From: an uncultured Syntrophobacterales bacterium
Lineage (GTDB): Bacteria > Desulfobacterota > Binatia > UBA9968 > JAJDTQ01
Reading direction: 5' to 3'
DNA: 64,000 bases
NCBI GenBank assembly: GCA_964630405.1
Contig: CAZVUC010000056.1
Coordinates: 8,499 to 72,498, forward strand
Shown here: positions 1 through 9,168 of the stretch, one piece after another
How the letters are laid out: each line of letters starts with the position of its first letter
Position numbering within the stretch: position 1 is the stretch's first letter
Translations under genes and position numbers: made by a program
Notes under the pieces: model-generated
Told to the model about the DNA's origin: nothing
Database searches by the model: none
What the model saw: only the letters and a program-made list of their open reading frames with translations

Positions 1-445
1 TGAACAGCTCGGGAGAGCCGAAGAACAGCACCAGCGGGCGCATGATGGGAATGGCGAGGGCCAGGATGACGGCGCCTTCGAGACCGGCCACCAGCGAGCT
101 CATGAGCGCGGCGCCCATGGCCCGGCCGGCCTCCCCATTCTTGGTCATGGGGTAACCGTCCATGATGGTGGCCGCGGCCGTGCCTTCTCCCGGGATGCCG
201 AAGAGGATCGAGGTGAGGTCACCGGTGGTGCCGGTGATGGCGTGCATGCCCAGGAGAAAGGCAAAGGCCGAGATCGGCTCCCCGATCTTGTAGGCGAAAG
301 GGAGCATCAGGGCGAGGGTGGCCAAGCCGCCCAGGCCGGGGAGAATCCCCACGATGAACCCCACCAGCGCCCCCAGGAGCAGGAAGCCGAAGGCCGGCCA
401 GGAAAGGACGTGAAGCAGTCCGTCTATGAAGGCGTCGAGCATCAT
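1..445 (-). CDS. tctA: Tripartite tricarboxylate transporter large permease (5' part; runs off the left edge)
   Basis: Manual translation from ATG 445: MMLDAFIDGLLHVLSWPAFGFLLLGALVGFIVGILPGLGGLATLALMLP...DLTSILFGIPGEGTAAATIMDGYPM. The G(I/L)PG and GYPM motifs are typical of TctA; it follows tctC. Confidence 0.9.
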   Translation of the reverse strand, partial: MMLDAFIDGLLHVLSWPAFGFLLLGALVGFIVGILPGLGGLATLALMLPFAYKIGEPISAFAFLLGMHAITGTTGDLTSILFGIPGEGTAAATIMDGYPMTKNGEAGRAMGAALMSSLVAGLEGAVILALAIPIMRPLVLFFGSPELF

Positions 446-455
446 GAGCTAGAAA

Positions 456-1511
456 CTACCTCCCAAGGATCTCCCTGACGCCGTCCACCACCTCCTTGGG
501 TTGGCTTACGACGTTGTTGGCCACCTGCTGCAGGTCCTCGCCCCTCTTCAGCTGGAAGGGCACCATCCGCCCCTTCTCGGCCTCCGCCCCCAGTTTCGGG
601 TCCCCCAAGGTCTTGGCGTAGGCGTCGCGCAGCATCTTCACGCGGTCCGCCGGCACACCCGGCGCCACCGCGAAAGGACGTCCGAAGTCACCGCTGGCGA
701 AGATCACCGTGGCGATGGCCCGAATGCCCTCCGGCGTATTGTGCTGCGCCATCAGCTCGTGGATGGTGGGGGTATCCTTGAGCCTGGAGTCGCGTTCCTG
801 CCCGGTCTGAACCAGTGACCGCGCAAAGTTCTTCTTGTGCCAGGTCAGATAAGGTTCACGCCCGAAGAACGGCGGGATGGACAGACCGCGGCACGACACC
901 TCGTTACGCTCCACCGCCAAGTCGATCTCGCTGCCGCCGGGGTAACCCGAGACGAGCTTGAAGTTCGCTCCCACGGCCTTCTCCAGCACCTTGCCCAGGA
1001 GATAGCTGTTGCCGCTCGTGCCGGTGTTGCCCAGCTTGGCCGGGTCGTCCTTCATCTTGATCAGGTCGTCGACGCTCTTGTACTTCGAGTCGCTGCGGCA
1101 GAAGAGCACGGAGTGGCTCACCTCCTGCGTGCCGATCCACTGGAACTTGGCCATGTCGAAGCGCACTTCCTTCCGTCCCACCACTTGATCCAGGTACAGG
1201 CCCGCCAAGGGCATCACGATGGCCGTGCCGTCCTGCTTGGCGATGTTGTAGACATAGTTGGCGGCGATGAGAGAGCCCGCCCCCGGCATGTTCTGGACGA
1301 TGATGTCGGGCTTGCCCGGGATGTACTGGCCCATGTGCCGCGCGAACAGTCTGGCCCACCGGTCGTAGAACCCGCCCGGGGAGCAGCACACGAGGATGCG
1401 TATGGTCTTTCCTTCGTAGAAGTCCTTCGCCGCCGACTGTCCGGCGAAGCTCATGACCATGAACCCGGCCAGCAGCGACACGAGAAAAATTCGACAGATC
1501 GCTCGCTTCAT
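456..1511 (-). CDS. tctC: TctC/Bug-family periplasmic solute receptor
   Basis: Signal peptide, then FYEGKTIRILV..SPGGFYD..AR and NMPGAGSLIAANY Bug motifs. ATG 1511 with GGAGGTG RBS. Confidence 0.9.
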   Translation of the reverse strand: MKRAICRIFLVSLLAGFMVMSFAGQSAAKDFYEGKTIRILVCCSPGGFYDRWARLFARHMGQYIPGKPDIIVQNMPGAGSLIAANYVYNIAKQDGTAIVMPLAGLYLDQVVGRKEVRFDMAKFQWIGTQEVSHSVLFCRSDSKYKSVDDLIKMKDDPAKLGNTGTSGNSYLLGKVLEKAVGANFKLVSGYPGGSEIDLAVERNEVSCRGLSIPPFFGREPYLTWHKKNFARSLVQTGQERDSRLKDTPTIHELMAQHNTPEGIRAIATVIFASGDFGRPFAVAPGVPADRVKMLRDAYAKTLGDPKLGAEAEKGRMVPFQLKRGEDLQQVANNVVSQPKEVVDGVREILGR

Positions 1512-1592
1512 TGCACACCTCCGTGTTTGGAACCGAGGGCCCTGCGCCACACAAACGGGCACAGGGTTACGACTCGCCTTTCCCGTCCTTGT

Positions 1593-2087
1593 CTATTCAA
1601 AACCCAGCCAACGAAACACCTGGCCCTCGGGAAACGGCAGCAACAGCGTGCGCTCGAACACCACGTAGTAAATGAGCCACGCCGAGGCCGTGAGGATCAG
1701 CGACATGGGCCAGCCTTCCTTCGACTGTATCTTCAGATAGCCGAAGGTCATGCCCGCGACGGTGATGGAAAACCCGATTAGCCAGATACCGGCCATGAAC
1801 CCCACGATCCAGGAGAGGATGTTCGTGGTGCGCCTGACCGCCACGGCCCAGTCGACGGTTTGCGTGAGCTGGAAGTCGGCGGGCGCATTGCTCGACGCGC
1901 TCTCGCCCTCCTCCTTCGGCCCCCTGAGTTCCTGGACGATGTTGATGACCGCCAGGAGGACCATGGGAATACCGATGGCCCAAGGGTAGAGACGCGCCTG
2001 CAGGCGCCACTCCCAGGCCTCCCACACCAGGTAGCCGAAGAAGATCAGGACCAGGAAGCTGAAGCCCGTCCTGGGTGTCAGTCGCAC
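1593..2087 (-). CDS. tctB: TctB small membrane subunit
   Basis: 164 aa with 4 hydrophobic segments and a C-terminal VFERTLLLPFPEG motif; adjacent to tctC and tctA. Confidence 0.85.
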   Translation of the reverse strand: MRLTPRTGFSFLVLIFFGYLVWEAWEWRLQARLYPWAIGIPMVLLAVINIVQELRGPKEEGESASSNAPADFQLTQTVDWAVAVRRTTNILSWIVGFMAGIWLIGFSITVAGMTFGYLKIQSKEGWPMSLILTASAWLIYYVVFERTLLLPFPEGQVFRWLGFE

Positions 2088-2118
2088 GCGAAAACCCCGT
2101 TGCCCGCCCGCTACCCGG

Positions 2119-3132
2119 CTAGCTCCAGCCGTAGAGCGCCTTGGCGTTCTCGCCCAGGAACTTGGCCTTGAAATCGTCGGATATGTCGGTCCGTTCCTTG
2201 ATGGTCTTGGTCACGTTGGGGAACATGCCGTCCCAGTGCGGGTAGTCGGAGGCGAACACGATGTTCTTGTCCCCGATCCGCTCGATGCCGTAGGGCAGGC
2301 TCTCCTCCTCCGGCTCGGCCGCGTAGTACCAGTTCCCCGCTTTCATGTACTCGCTGGGCATGGCCTTGAGCAGCGGCGCCTCGGACTGCCGGTGCTCGTA
2401 CTCCTCGTCCATCCGGTCCATCCAGTAGGGGACCCAGCCGACGCCGCACTCCAGGAACGCGATGCGGAGCTTGGGGAAACGCTCCGGCACGCCGCCGTAC
2501 ATCAGCGCCGCGCAGTCCAGCATGGTCTCGAAGGGACGGCCGATGGTGTGCTTGAAGAGGAACGTGTCGAACCGGTTCTCGCCGGCCGGACCCGAGCGCG
2601 AGTTGTGGATCAGAAGCGGCACGTCGAGCCGTTCCAGCTCCTCGTAGATGGGCCAGAAGAGCTCCTGTCCCAAGTGGTCCTTCATGCCGAAGGTTCCCAC
2701 CGTGATCCCCACCACGCCGAGCTTGGTGACCGCGCGGTTGATCTCCTCGACGGCTGCCGGTACGTCCTGGAAGGGTGCGACGCCGACGCCCTTGAGCCGT
2801 TCCGGCGCCTCGCTGCACATGCTCGAGATCCAGTTGTTGTAGGCGCGCGCGAAGGCCCCCGCGTAGGCCTTCTCCGGCATGCGGTTGACGTGGAAGGCGC
2901 CGGTGGGAAACAGCACCGACATCTCGATCCCCTCGGTGTCCATGTCGCGCAGGCGCGTGGGGACGTCGGTGATGTTCATCCCCAGCGTGCCGAACATGCT
3001 CGAGTCCCACTCGTCCGACGGCAGCAGGGAGCCCTCCCGCTTGTTCCACGGGTCTTCCATGTGGGCGCGAATGTCCGCGTCCCGGTCCCTGACGTGTCCG
3101 TCGGCATCAATGATCTTGGCGTTCACGTTCAT
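2119..3132 (-). CDS. Amidohydrolase_2 family protein (metal-dependent hydrolase/decarboxylase)
   Basis: IIDADGHV, LLIHNS, FLECGVGWVP and FASDYPHWD motifs. ATG 3132 with AAGGAGG RBS; the ORF-track extension to 3774 is an artefact. Confidence 0.88.
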   Translation of the reverse strand: MNVNAKIIDADGHVRDRDADIRAHMEDPWNKREGSLLPSDEWDSSMFGTLGMNITDVPTRLRDMDTEGIEMSVLFPTGAFHVNRMPEKAYAGAFARAYNNWISSMCSEAPERLKGVGVAPFQDVPAAVEEINRAVTKLGVVGITVGTFGMKDHLGQELFWPIYEELERLDVPLLIHNSRSGPAGENRFDTFLFKHTIGRPFETMLDCAALMYGGVPERFPKLRIAFLECGVGWVPYWMDRMDEEYEHRQSEAPLLKAMPSEYMKAGNWYYAAEPEEESLPYGIERIGDKNIVFASDYPHWDGMFPNVTKTIKERTDISDDFKAKFLGENAKALYGWS

Positions 3133-3155
3133 ATTGCCTCCTTCAATTCTCAAGG

Positions 3156-4196
3156 TTATTGCGAGAACCGCACCTGCGCCGGATTCAGCGCGCCGTGCTT
3201 GGACTTGTTGGCGGTGATGTCCAGGGCCTCGGGCATCTTCTCGATGCCTTCCAGCTTGTGGGTGATCATGGGATCGATGTTGATGCGCTTCTGCGCCACC
3301 AGCCGCGCGGCCAAGGTCATCTCCCCGGGGTGGGCCAGCTCCGGCGGGAACATGTAGGTGACCCGCTTGGCCCGCAGGTAATTGAAGTCCAGGGTCACCG
3401 GCTCGTGAAAGTGCGGGATGCTGAGCACCTTTCCCCCGGCCGCCACGCAGGCCACGGCCTCCGAGACGGTGGCGCCGCCGGACAGTCCCATCTGCGGGCT
3501 GCCGCTGGCGGCCTCGATGACGAAAGGAATGCCCTTGCCGTGGCTCAGGTCCATGACCGCGTCGACGACGTTCTCCTTGGACGCGTCGATGGTGACGTCG
3601 ATCCCCAGCTCCTTGGCCATCTCGAGAATTTCCGGCCTCATGTCGGTGCCGATGACCGTGTCCGCTCCCGCGGCCTTGGCCGCCTGGGCCGAATTGAGGC
3701 CCATGACCCCTTGACCCAGCACCAGCACCGTGTCCCCCAGGGTTATCCCCAGCACCTGGATGTTGTGCACGCAACTGGTGAGGGGCTGCAACGCGGAAAC
3801 CTCCCAGTCGCTGATGCCGTCGGGAATCTTGGCCAGCGCATCCAACGGCACCGCCGCGTACTCGGAGAACAGGCCCGGGAAGTCCCGCCCGATGGTGCCG
3901 ATCTCCGTGTGCGTGGCGCCTACCCGGTCACCCACCGCAAGCCCGTAGGTATTGTCCTTCTCGATGTCGACGATCTCCGCGCAGAATTCGTGGCCGAACA
4001 ACGGCTCGGGACCCTGGGCAAGCTTCTTCTTGACCTTGTCGTAGCTGTTGGAGCGCTCACCGTAAAAGAGCTGCACCTCGGTCACCGAGGGCTGCACCAC
4101 CCTGGTTTTCAGAACCGCCCAGCCGGGCCGGGATTCCGGGTCCGGCAACTCCTCCAGCCGCATGTCCTTGAACGCGTGTGTCACCCAACCCCGCAT
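3156..4196 (-). CDS. MDR (alcohol-dehydrogenase-like) oxidoreductase with atypical zinc ligands
   Basis: GHE motif, GDRV, Rossmann GQGVMG. ATG 4196 with GGAGG RBS. Confidence 0.85.
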   Translation of the reverse strand: MRGWVTHAFKDMRLEELPDPESRPGWAVLKTRVVQPSVTEVQLFYGERSNSYDKVKKKLAQGPEPLFGHEFCAEIVDIEKDNTYGLAVGDRVGATHTEIGTIGRDFPGLFSEYAAVPLDALAKIPDGISDWEVSALQPLTSCVHNIQVLGITLGDTVLVLGQGVMGLNSAQAAKAAGADTVIGTDMRPEILEMAKELGIDVTIDASKENVVDAVMDLSHGKGIPFVIEAASGSPQMGLSGGATVSEAVACVAAGGKVLSIPHFHEPVTLDFNYLRAKRVTYMFPPELAHPGEMTLAARLVAQKRINIDPMITHKLEGIEKMPEALDITANKSKHGALNPAQVRFSQ

Positions 4197-4331
4197 GGCG
4201 CTTCCCTCCCTCCAAGGACGTGACCCCCCGTCTGCCATGACCGGCAAGCGCGAATCGAGTTGGATCGGAGCGGTCGTGTCCGGTTCAGGAGGCAACGCAA
4301 CCCAACCCGTGGGGCACGCTGCCTCCGCTGA

Positions 4332-4360
4332 CTAATAGTGAAAGCCTGAAGATTTTGCAA
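4332..4360 (-). promoter_or_regulatory. Candidate sigma70 promoter for the MDR-amidohydrolase-tct operon
   Basis: Minus strand TTGCAA-N17-TATTAG, about 135 nt upstream of ATG 4196; the -10 box is imperfect. Confidence 0.35.
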
Positions 4361-4400
4361 GGCGCATCGGGCCGGTCGGTGTCGCGCCGGGGGGTTCGGC

Positions 4401-4429
4401 TTGCATGTTCGCGAGCCGCGTTCTATGAT
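4401..4429 (+). promoter_or_regulatory. Sigma70 promoter for tRNA-Met
   Basis: TTGCAT-N17-TATGAT, about 40 nt upstream of the tRNA. Confidence 0.6.
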
Positions 4430-4467
4430 TGACGTCTCTCCTCGCGTGAGCGCGATTCACACACAAT

Positions 4468-4544
4468 GGCGGTGTAGCTCAGTTGGTCAGAGCACGCGGC
4501 TCATATCCGCGGCGTCGCTGGTTCAAGTCCAGCCACCGCCACCA
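4468..4544 (+). tRNA. tRNA with CAU anticodon, most likely elongator tRNA-Met
   Basis: 77 nt. GGCGGTG/CACCGCC acceptor stem, anticodon arm CGCGG-CTCATAT-CCGCG, GGTTCAAGTCC T-arm, encoded CCA. The G1-C72 pair excludes the initiator; Ile2 (lysidine) is not fully excluded. Confidence 0.95.
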
Positions 4545-4576
4545 TTCCACCCTTCGGAAGCTCCCGGCGGCGGGGC

Positions 4577-6340
4577 TTACGAGTCTTTACGAGACCCCGG
4601 CGGGGCGTCCACGTGCACCGTCACGATGTCCGTGTCGTGGTATTGCTGGTGGTGGACCCTTGAAGCGAGGTGGCGGAGCAGCCGAAGCGAGATTTCCCGC
4701 TCGTCGGGCGCATCGACAGGACCGGCTCCGAGCAGTGCGATGCGGTCCTGGATGTTCTCGGCGCCGGCGGCCGCGACGAACTCCAGCAAAGCCCCGCCAT
4801 CCTGCTTGCGGGCGGTCAGCCGCAGCCTGCGCCGTCCCCTTCCCTCGCCCTCCTCGTCCTGCCGCATGAGGGTCAGCAGCGTCTCCTCGCCGGCGGCGTC
4901 GAGGCGTTCGGCCATGGCCTTGCCCCAGCCGCCGCGTGAAGCGAAGCCCGCCAGGAACTCACGGATCTTGGGCAGCGCTTCCATTCCGAACTCTACCTCC
5001 ATCCGGCTCGGGCGGGGCGCCGTCAGCTCCACGAACACGGTCATGAGGATCGCCACCAGGCCTCCGGCGGTCATGCCGTTCTGCAGCAGCCCTCCCGCGA
5101 AGTCGGCGAAGTACTCGGGGAAGATGACTCCGTTCTGGAAGCCGACCCCGGCCCAGAAAGACACGCCCACGATGAGCCCGGTGCGATAGTCGAGCTCTCC
5201 CTGAACCACCACCTTCATGCCGACGACGAACAGCATGGACAGCAGAACGGTGGCGTAGGCGGCCACCACCGGGTTCGGGATCGCCAGAACGACGGCCAAG
5301 GCCTTGGGCAGAAAGGCCAGCACGATGAAGATGATGCCGATGGCGACGCCGACCCGGCGGGACGCGACACCGGTCAGCTCGGTTACCGAAATGCTGGTCG
5401 AGTAGGTGGTGTTCGGCACCGTCCCGGCGAGTCCGGACAACAGGTTGCCCACGCCGTCGGCCCCCACCGCGCCCTGCACCGTGCGGAAATCCACCGCCCG
5501 GTTGCCGCGCCAGGATACCCGCTGGATGGCGACGGCGTCTCCGATGGTCTCGATGGCGCCCACCAGGGTCACGAACACGAACGCCGGAAGAAGCGCCCAG
5601 AACACCCCTCCGAAACCCAGATCCAGGCCCGGCCATTCTCCGTCCGGGAGGCCCACCCAGGACGCCCCGGATACAAGGGCCCCGTTGTAGAGCCCGAAGC
5701 CCCCGGCCACCACGGAACCCGCCACCACGCCGATGACCGGCGCCCACAGGCGCAACGACCCGGTGGCCTTGAGCGCGATGCAGGCGATCACCAACACGGT
5801 TACCAGGGCGCTCAGCGGCGCCGCCAACGCCGGGGCGCCTTCCGGCACGTCGTTCAACAAGCCGAAGACGATGGGCATCACGGTCACCGGTATCAGCATG
5901 ATGACGGTGCCGGCGACCGCGGGGGTCAGAACCCGCCGCAGCAGGGACAGCCGCGACGCGAGCACGAACTGGAAGAACGACGAGACCAGGACCAGGGTGG
6001 CGAGCATGGCGGGGCCGCCCTGGACGAGCGCCGTGACGCATACCGCGATGAACGCGCCCGACGTGCCCATCAACAGCACATGGCCGGCGCCGAAGCGGCC
6101 CACCCTCACCGCCTGCAGCACGGTGGTCACCCCGCTGACGGCCACCGCGGCAAACACCGCCCACGAAAGGAACGCTTCGCTGCCCCCGGCGGCCCGGATC
6201 ACGATGGCCGGAGTCAGCACGATTCCCGCAACGCAGAGAATGGCGAGTTGAAGGCCCAGCCCGACCGCAAGCGCGGCCGGCGGATTCTCATCGGGTTGGT
6301 AACGAACGCTCGCGCGGTGGTGGGATTCGTGGGTCTGCAT
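4577..6340 (-). CDS. NCS2 (xanthine/uracil-type) permease fused to a C-terminal RsbW-like HATPase-fold domain
   Basis: About 440 aa polytopic NCS2 core (ETIGD, GADGVGNLLSGLAG, TGVASRRV), followed by about 140 aa of soluble tail. Confidence 0.85.
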   Translation of the reverse strand: MQTHESHHRASVRYQPDENPPAALAVGLGLQLAILCVAGIVLTPAIVIRAAGGSEAFLSWAVFAAVAVSGVTTVLQAVRVGRFGAGHVLLMGTSGAFIAVCVTALVQGGPAMLATLVLVSSFFQFVLASRLSLLRRVLTPAVAGTVIMLIPVTVMPIVFGLLNDVPEGAPALAAPLSALVTVLVIACIALKATGSLRLWAPVIGVVAGSVVAGGFGLYNGALVSGASWVGLPDGEWPGLDLGFGGVFWALLPAFVFVTLVGAIETIGDAVAIQRVSWRGNRAVDFRTVQGAVGADGVGNLLSGLAGTVPNTTYSTSISVTELTGVASRRVGVAIGIIFIVLAFLPKALAVVLAIPNPVVAAYATVLLSMLFVVGMKVVVQGELDYRTGLIVGVSFWAGVGFQNGVIFPEYFADFAGGLLQNGMTAGGLVAILMTVFVELTAPRPSRMEVEFGMEALPKIREFLAGFASRGGWGKAMAERLDAAGEETLLTLMRQDEEGEGRGRRRLRLTARKQDGGALLEFVAAAGAENIQDRIALLGAGPVDAPDEREISLRLLRHLASRVHHQQYHDTDIVTVHVDAPPGSRKDS

Positions 6341-6574
6341 CGGATCACCTCCCGGAAACTCTGGGTAGAACGCCGCGTCGGGCGAGCCCGGAGCATATCA
6401 AAGCGTTTTGGACCGGCCAATCTCGACCTGGAGAATAGACCTGCCGCCCGGTTTCGTAGTAGACTCCTGCCGATTCCGCGTCCCGGGGGGTAGCGCCGGA
6501 CTCGCCCATGCTGCGAATGTTGTGCCGTTGGCCGCCTTGCAGCCGATGGGGTCACACGGACAGGGGAGGTACTC

Positions 6575-7753
6575 TTGATCGACAAGACGCGTCTCAAGGA
6601 GCGCGTGCTGGAGTTGGTGCGGATCGACAGCCTGTCCCGCAAGGAGCGGACCATCGCCCTGCGGCTCACGGAGATCGTCGAAGGGTTGGGCGGCGCCGTC
6701 TTCATGGACGACGCCGGAATCGCGGTGGGAGGCGAGGTGGGGAATCTCGTCGCCCACTTCGACGGCAACGTGGACGGCGCCGAGCCGTTGCTGCTGTCGG
6801 CGCATATGGACACGGTGGCCCCGGGCGAGGGAGTTGTCCCGGTGGTGGACGGCGACGTGATCCGGAGCGACGGGAGCACGGTGCTTGGCGGCGACGACAA
6901 GAGCGGCATCGCCATCATCCTGGAAGTGCTCGAGGCCGTGCGCGAGGAGGACATGCCGCACGGACACATCGACGTGGTCTTCACCATATGCGAGGAGGTC
7001 GGCCTCCTGGGCGCAAAGCACCTCGACCTGAGTCTGGTACGCGCGAAGACCGGCTTGGTGCTCGACAGCGATTCCATCGGATTCCTCATCACCAGGGCGC
7101 CGGCGGCCAACCTCGTGGAGTTCGAGGTCCACGGTCTGGAGGCCCACGCCGGCATCTGCCCGGAACGGGGCATCAGCGCGTTACAGGTAGCCGCCCGCGG
7201 TATCGCCGCCATGCAACTCGGACGTATCGACGAGGACACCACCGCCAACCTCGGCCTGGTGAGCGGCGGCACGGCCGTGAACATCGTGCCGAACCGGGTG
7301 ACCCTCACCGGTGAAGTGCGCAGCCACGACGAGGAGAAGCTCGAACGGCAGACGCGGGCGATGGTCGCGTGCCTGGAGGAAGCCGCGGCCGGCGCTACGC
7401 TGGAGTTGGACGGACGCCTCCATACGACTGTCGTGGAGTCCAACATCAGGCGGCAGTATGACCGCATGGACGTGCCCCACGAGACCGCCATCGTCCGACG
7501 CGTTCACGAGGCGGCGCACAATCTCGGTTTCGCCGTCGACACCGTCGCCAAGGGCGGCGGATGCGACGCGAACGTATTGAACCAGCGGGGGCTTCAGGTC
7601 GCCAACCTGGCCAGCGGCATGCGGGACATCCACACGGTCCATGAATGGCTCGATGTCAACGACCTGGTAACCGCGGCCCGGATCATCCACGAAGTCGTCC
7701 GGCTGGAAGGATCCCGTCAAGCATGCTTGGACGCGAGCTTGAAACACTCCTGA
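6575..7753 (+). CDS. M20/M25/M40 metallopeptidase (peptidase T-like)
   Basis: SAHMDTV, LGGDDKSG, CEEVGLLGA, GLEAHAG, GGGCDAN and IHTVHE motifs. TTG start after GGAGG. Confidence 0.9.
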   Translation: MIDKTRLKERVLELVRIDSLSRKERTIALRLTEIVEGLGGAVFMDDAGIAVGGEVGNLVAHFDGNVDGAEPLLLSAHMDTVAPGEGVVPVVDGDVIRSDGSTVLGGDDKSGIAIILEVLEAVREEDMPHGHIDVVFTICEEVGLLGAKHLDLSLVRAKTGLVLDSDSIGFLITRAPAANLVEFEVHGLEAHAGICPERGISALQVAARGIAAMQLGRIDEDTTANLGLVSGGTAVNIVPNRVTLTGEVRSHDEEKLERQTRAMVACLEEAAAGATLELDGRLHTTVVESNIRRQYDRMDVPHETAIVRRVHEAAHNLGFAVDTVAKGGGCDANVLNQRGLQVANLASGMRDIHTVHEWLDVNDLVTAARIIHEVVRLEGSRQACLDASLKHS

Positions 7754-9168
7754 AGGAAGAGCGGGGTCAGTTCTTCGAGTTCATCAGCGCTTTCGAACAG
7801 AAGAAGCGCGGCACTCAGACGAAGCGACCCCGAGACCTGGCCCGCGAAATCGCGCGCATCCTCGACGGCATGGTCAACGCCGACGGCGGCGTGCTTCTCG
7901 TGGGCGTCGAGCCCGACAAGAGCCTCACCGGGCTCCCCTATTCCGAGTCTGAAATACGGGAACTCGGCGAGGTGCCCCAAAGCCTTCTCAATCCGCCACT
8001 CCCGTCCCTCCACGAACGAATCGACATCGGCAATCTGCTGCTGCTCCGTTTCGAGGTGAGCCCGGGGCTGGAGATCCGTCGCGTGGCCAGCGGCCGGACG
8101 TTCTACCGGATTGCCTCGGAAAACCCCGCGGTGTCGCCCGAGCAGATCCGGCTGCTGAAGGACGCGAAGCTGTCGTACTCCTACGAACGGCAGCATGTCC
8201 ACGACGCCGCCTGGGGGGACCTGGACGACGCCGCGCTGGAGTCGTTCGCGGAACGCGTCGACCCGCAGGCGGATCCCCGTTCGTTGCTGGCCCGCACCTA
8301 TCACCTGGTCCGCGGCCCCGCGGAACGGCCCGAAGTCTCCATGGCGGCCCTGCTTCTGTTCGCCGTCGAACCGACCCGGTGGCATCCGCGCTGCGGCATC
8401 GACTTCGTCAAGTACGAGGGCACCGAACGGAACTACGGAGGATCCCTGAACGTGGTGAAGCGGGTGCGCATCGACCGGCCGTTGTGGACCCTCGTCGACG
8501 AGGCCGTGGGACGCATCAAGGAGCACATCCGCGAGCGCATGGTCCTCCACGACCTGTTCTTCCGGGAGCGCCTGGAATACCCGTCCTTTGCCTGGCAGGA
8601 AGCTCTGGTCAACGCGGTCGCCCACCGCGACTACGGCATCACCGGCGCGGGGGTCGAGCTCTGGATGTTCGAGGACCGCCTGGAAGTTCGGAGCCCGGGC
8701 GCGCTGCCCGCGCCCGTCGCCGTGGACCACCTGAACCGGCGACAGCGGGTACACTTCTCGCGCAACCCGCTGCTGGTGCGGGTGCTGTCGGACCTGGGCT
8801 ACATGCGCGAGATCGGTGAGGGCGTGCCGCGCATGTTCCAGGAGATGGAGCACAACGCGCTCCGCCCGCCCGAGTTCTCCACCGACGGCTTCTTTTTCAC
8901 CGTGACGCTGCGGAACACTCCCATCTATGACGACGAGACCCTGCGGTGGCTCGACCACTTCGACCGCTCCCGCCTCGGCCCGCGCCAACAACGATTGCTG
9001 GTGTACGCCCTGTCCCACGACAAGCTGCTTTCCACGGCCGACTACCAGCGCGTCGCCGAGGTCGACCGCGACACCGCCTACCGCGACATCCGCGGGCTGG
9101 TGAAAATGGGCATCCTCGCCCCCGTCAAGCCCAAGAGCCGCACCTACCGGGTGGTGGAACCGATATGA
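7723..9168 (+). CDS. Schlafen/AlbA_2 domain + RecG-C-like HATPase_c_4 domain + C-terminal winged HTH
   Basis: N-terminal EF..AFE...MVNADGGVLLVGV; AWQEALVNAVAHRDY, SPG and RNPLL..LGYMREIGEGVPRM; C-terminal HTH (VDRDTAYRDIRGLVKMGIL). Confidence 0.85.
   Translation: MLGRELETLLKEERGQFFEFISAFEQKKRGTQTKRPRDLAREIARILDGMVNADGGVLLVGVEPDKSLTGLPYSESEIRELGEVPQSLLNPPLPSLHERIDIGNLLLLRFEVSPGLEIRRVASGRTFYRIASENPAVSPEQIRLLKDAKLSYSYERQHVHDAAWGDLDDAALESFAERVDPQADPRSLLARTYHLVRGPAERPEVSMAALLLFAVEPTRWHPRCGIDFVKYEGTERNYGGSLNVVKRVRIDRPLWTLVDEAVGRIKEHIRERMVLHDLFFRERLEYPSFAWQEALVNAVAHRDYGITGAGVELWMFEDRLEVRSPGALPAPVAVDHLNRRQRVHFSRNPLLVRVLSDLGYMREIGEGVPRMFQEMEHNALRPPEFSTDGFFFTVTLRNTPIYDDETLRWLDHFDRSRLGPRQQRLLVYALSHDKLLSTADYQRVAEVDRDTAYRDIRGLVKMGILAPVKPKSRTYRVVEPI

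Noticed and set aside
2119-3774. Apparent fusion-length ORFs (2119-3774, 14260-17466, 22411-23847, 39221-40780, 48538-50820, 56667-59381)
   Set aside because: The N-terminal extensions overlap neighbouring real genes; internal starts with a clear RBS or family-typical N-terminus give normal-length proteins.
4468-4600. tRNA-Met as the attachment site of an island
   Set aside because: No integrase, and I found no duplicated tRNA 3' end elsewhere in the window.
6341-6574. SRP RNA, 6S RNA or riboswitch in the NCS2/peptidase divergent gap
   Set aside because: No SRP GGAAGGAAGCAG loop or recognisable riboswitch consensus; treated as a promoter region.
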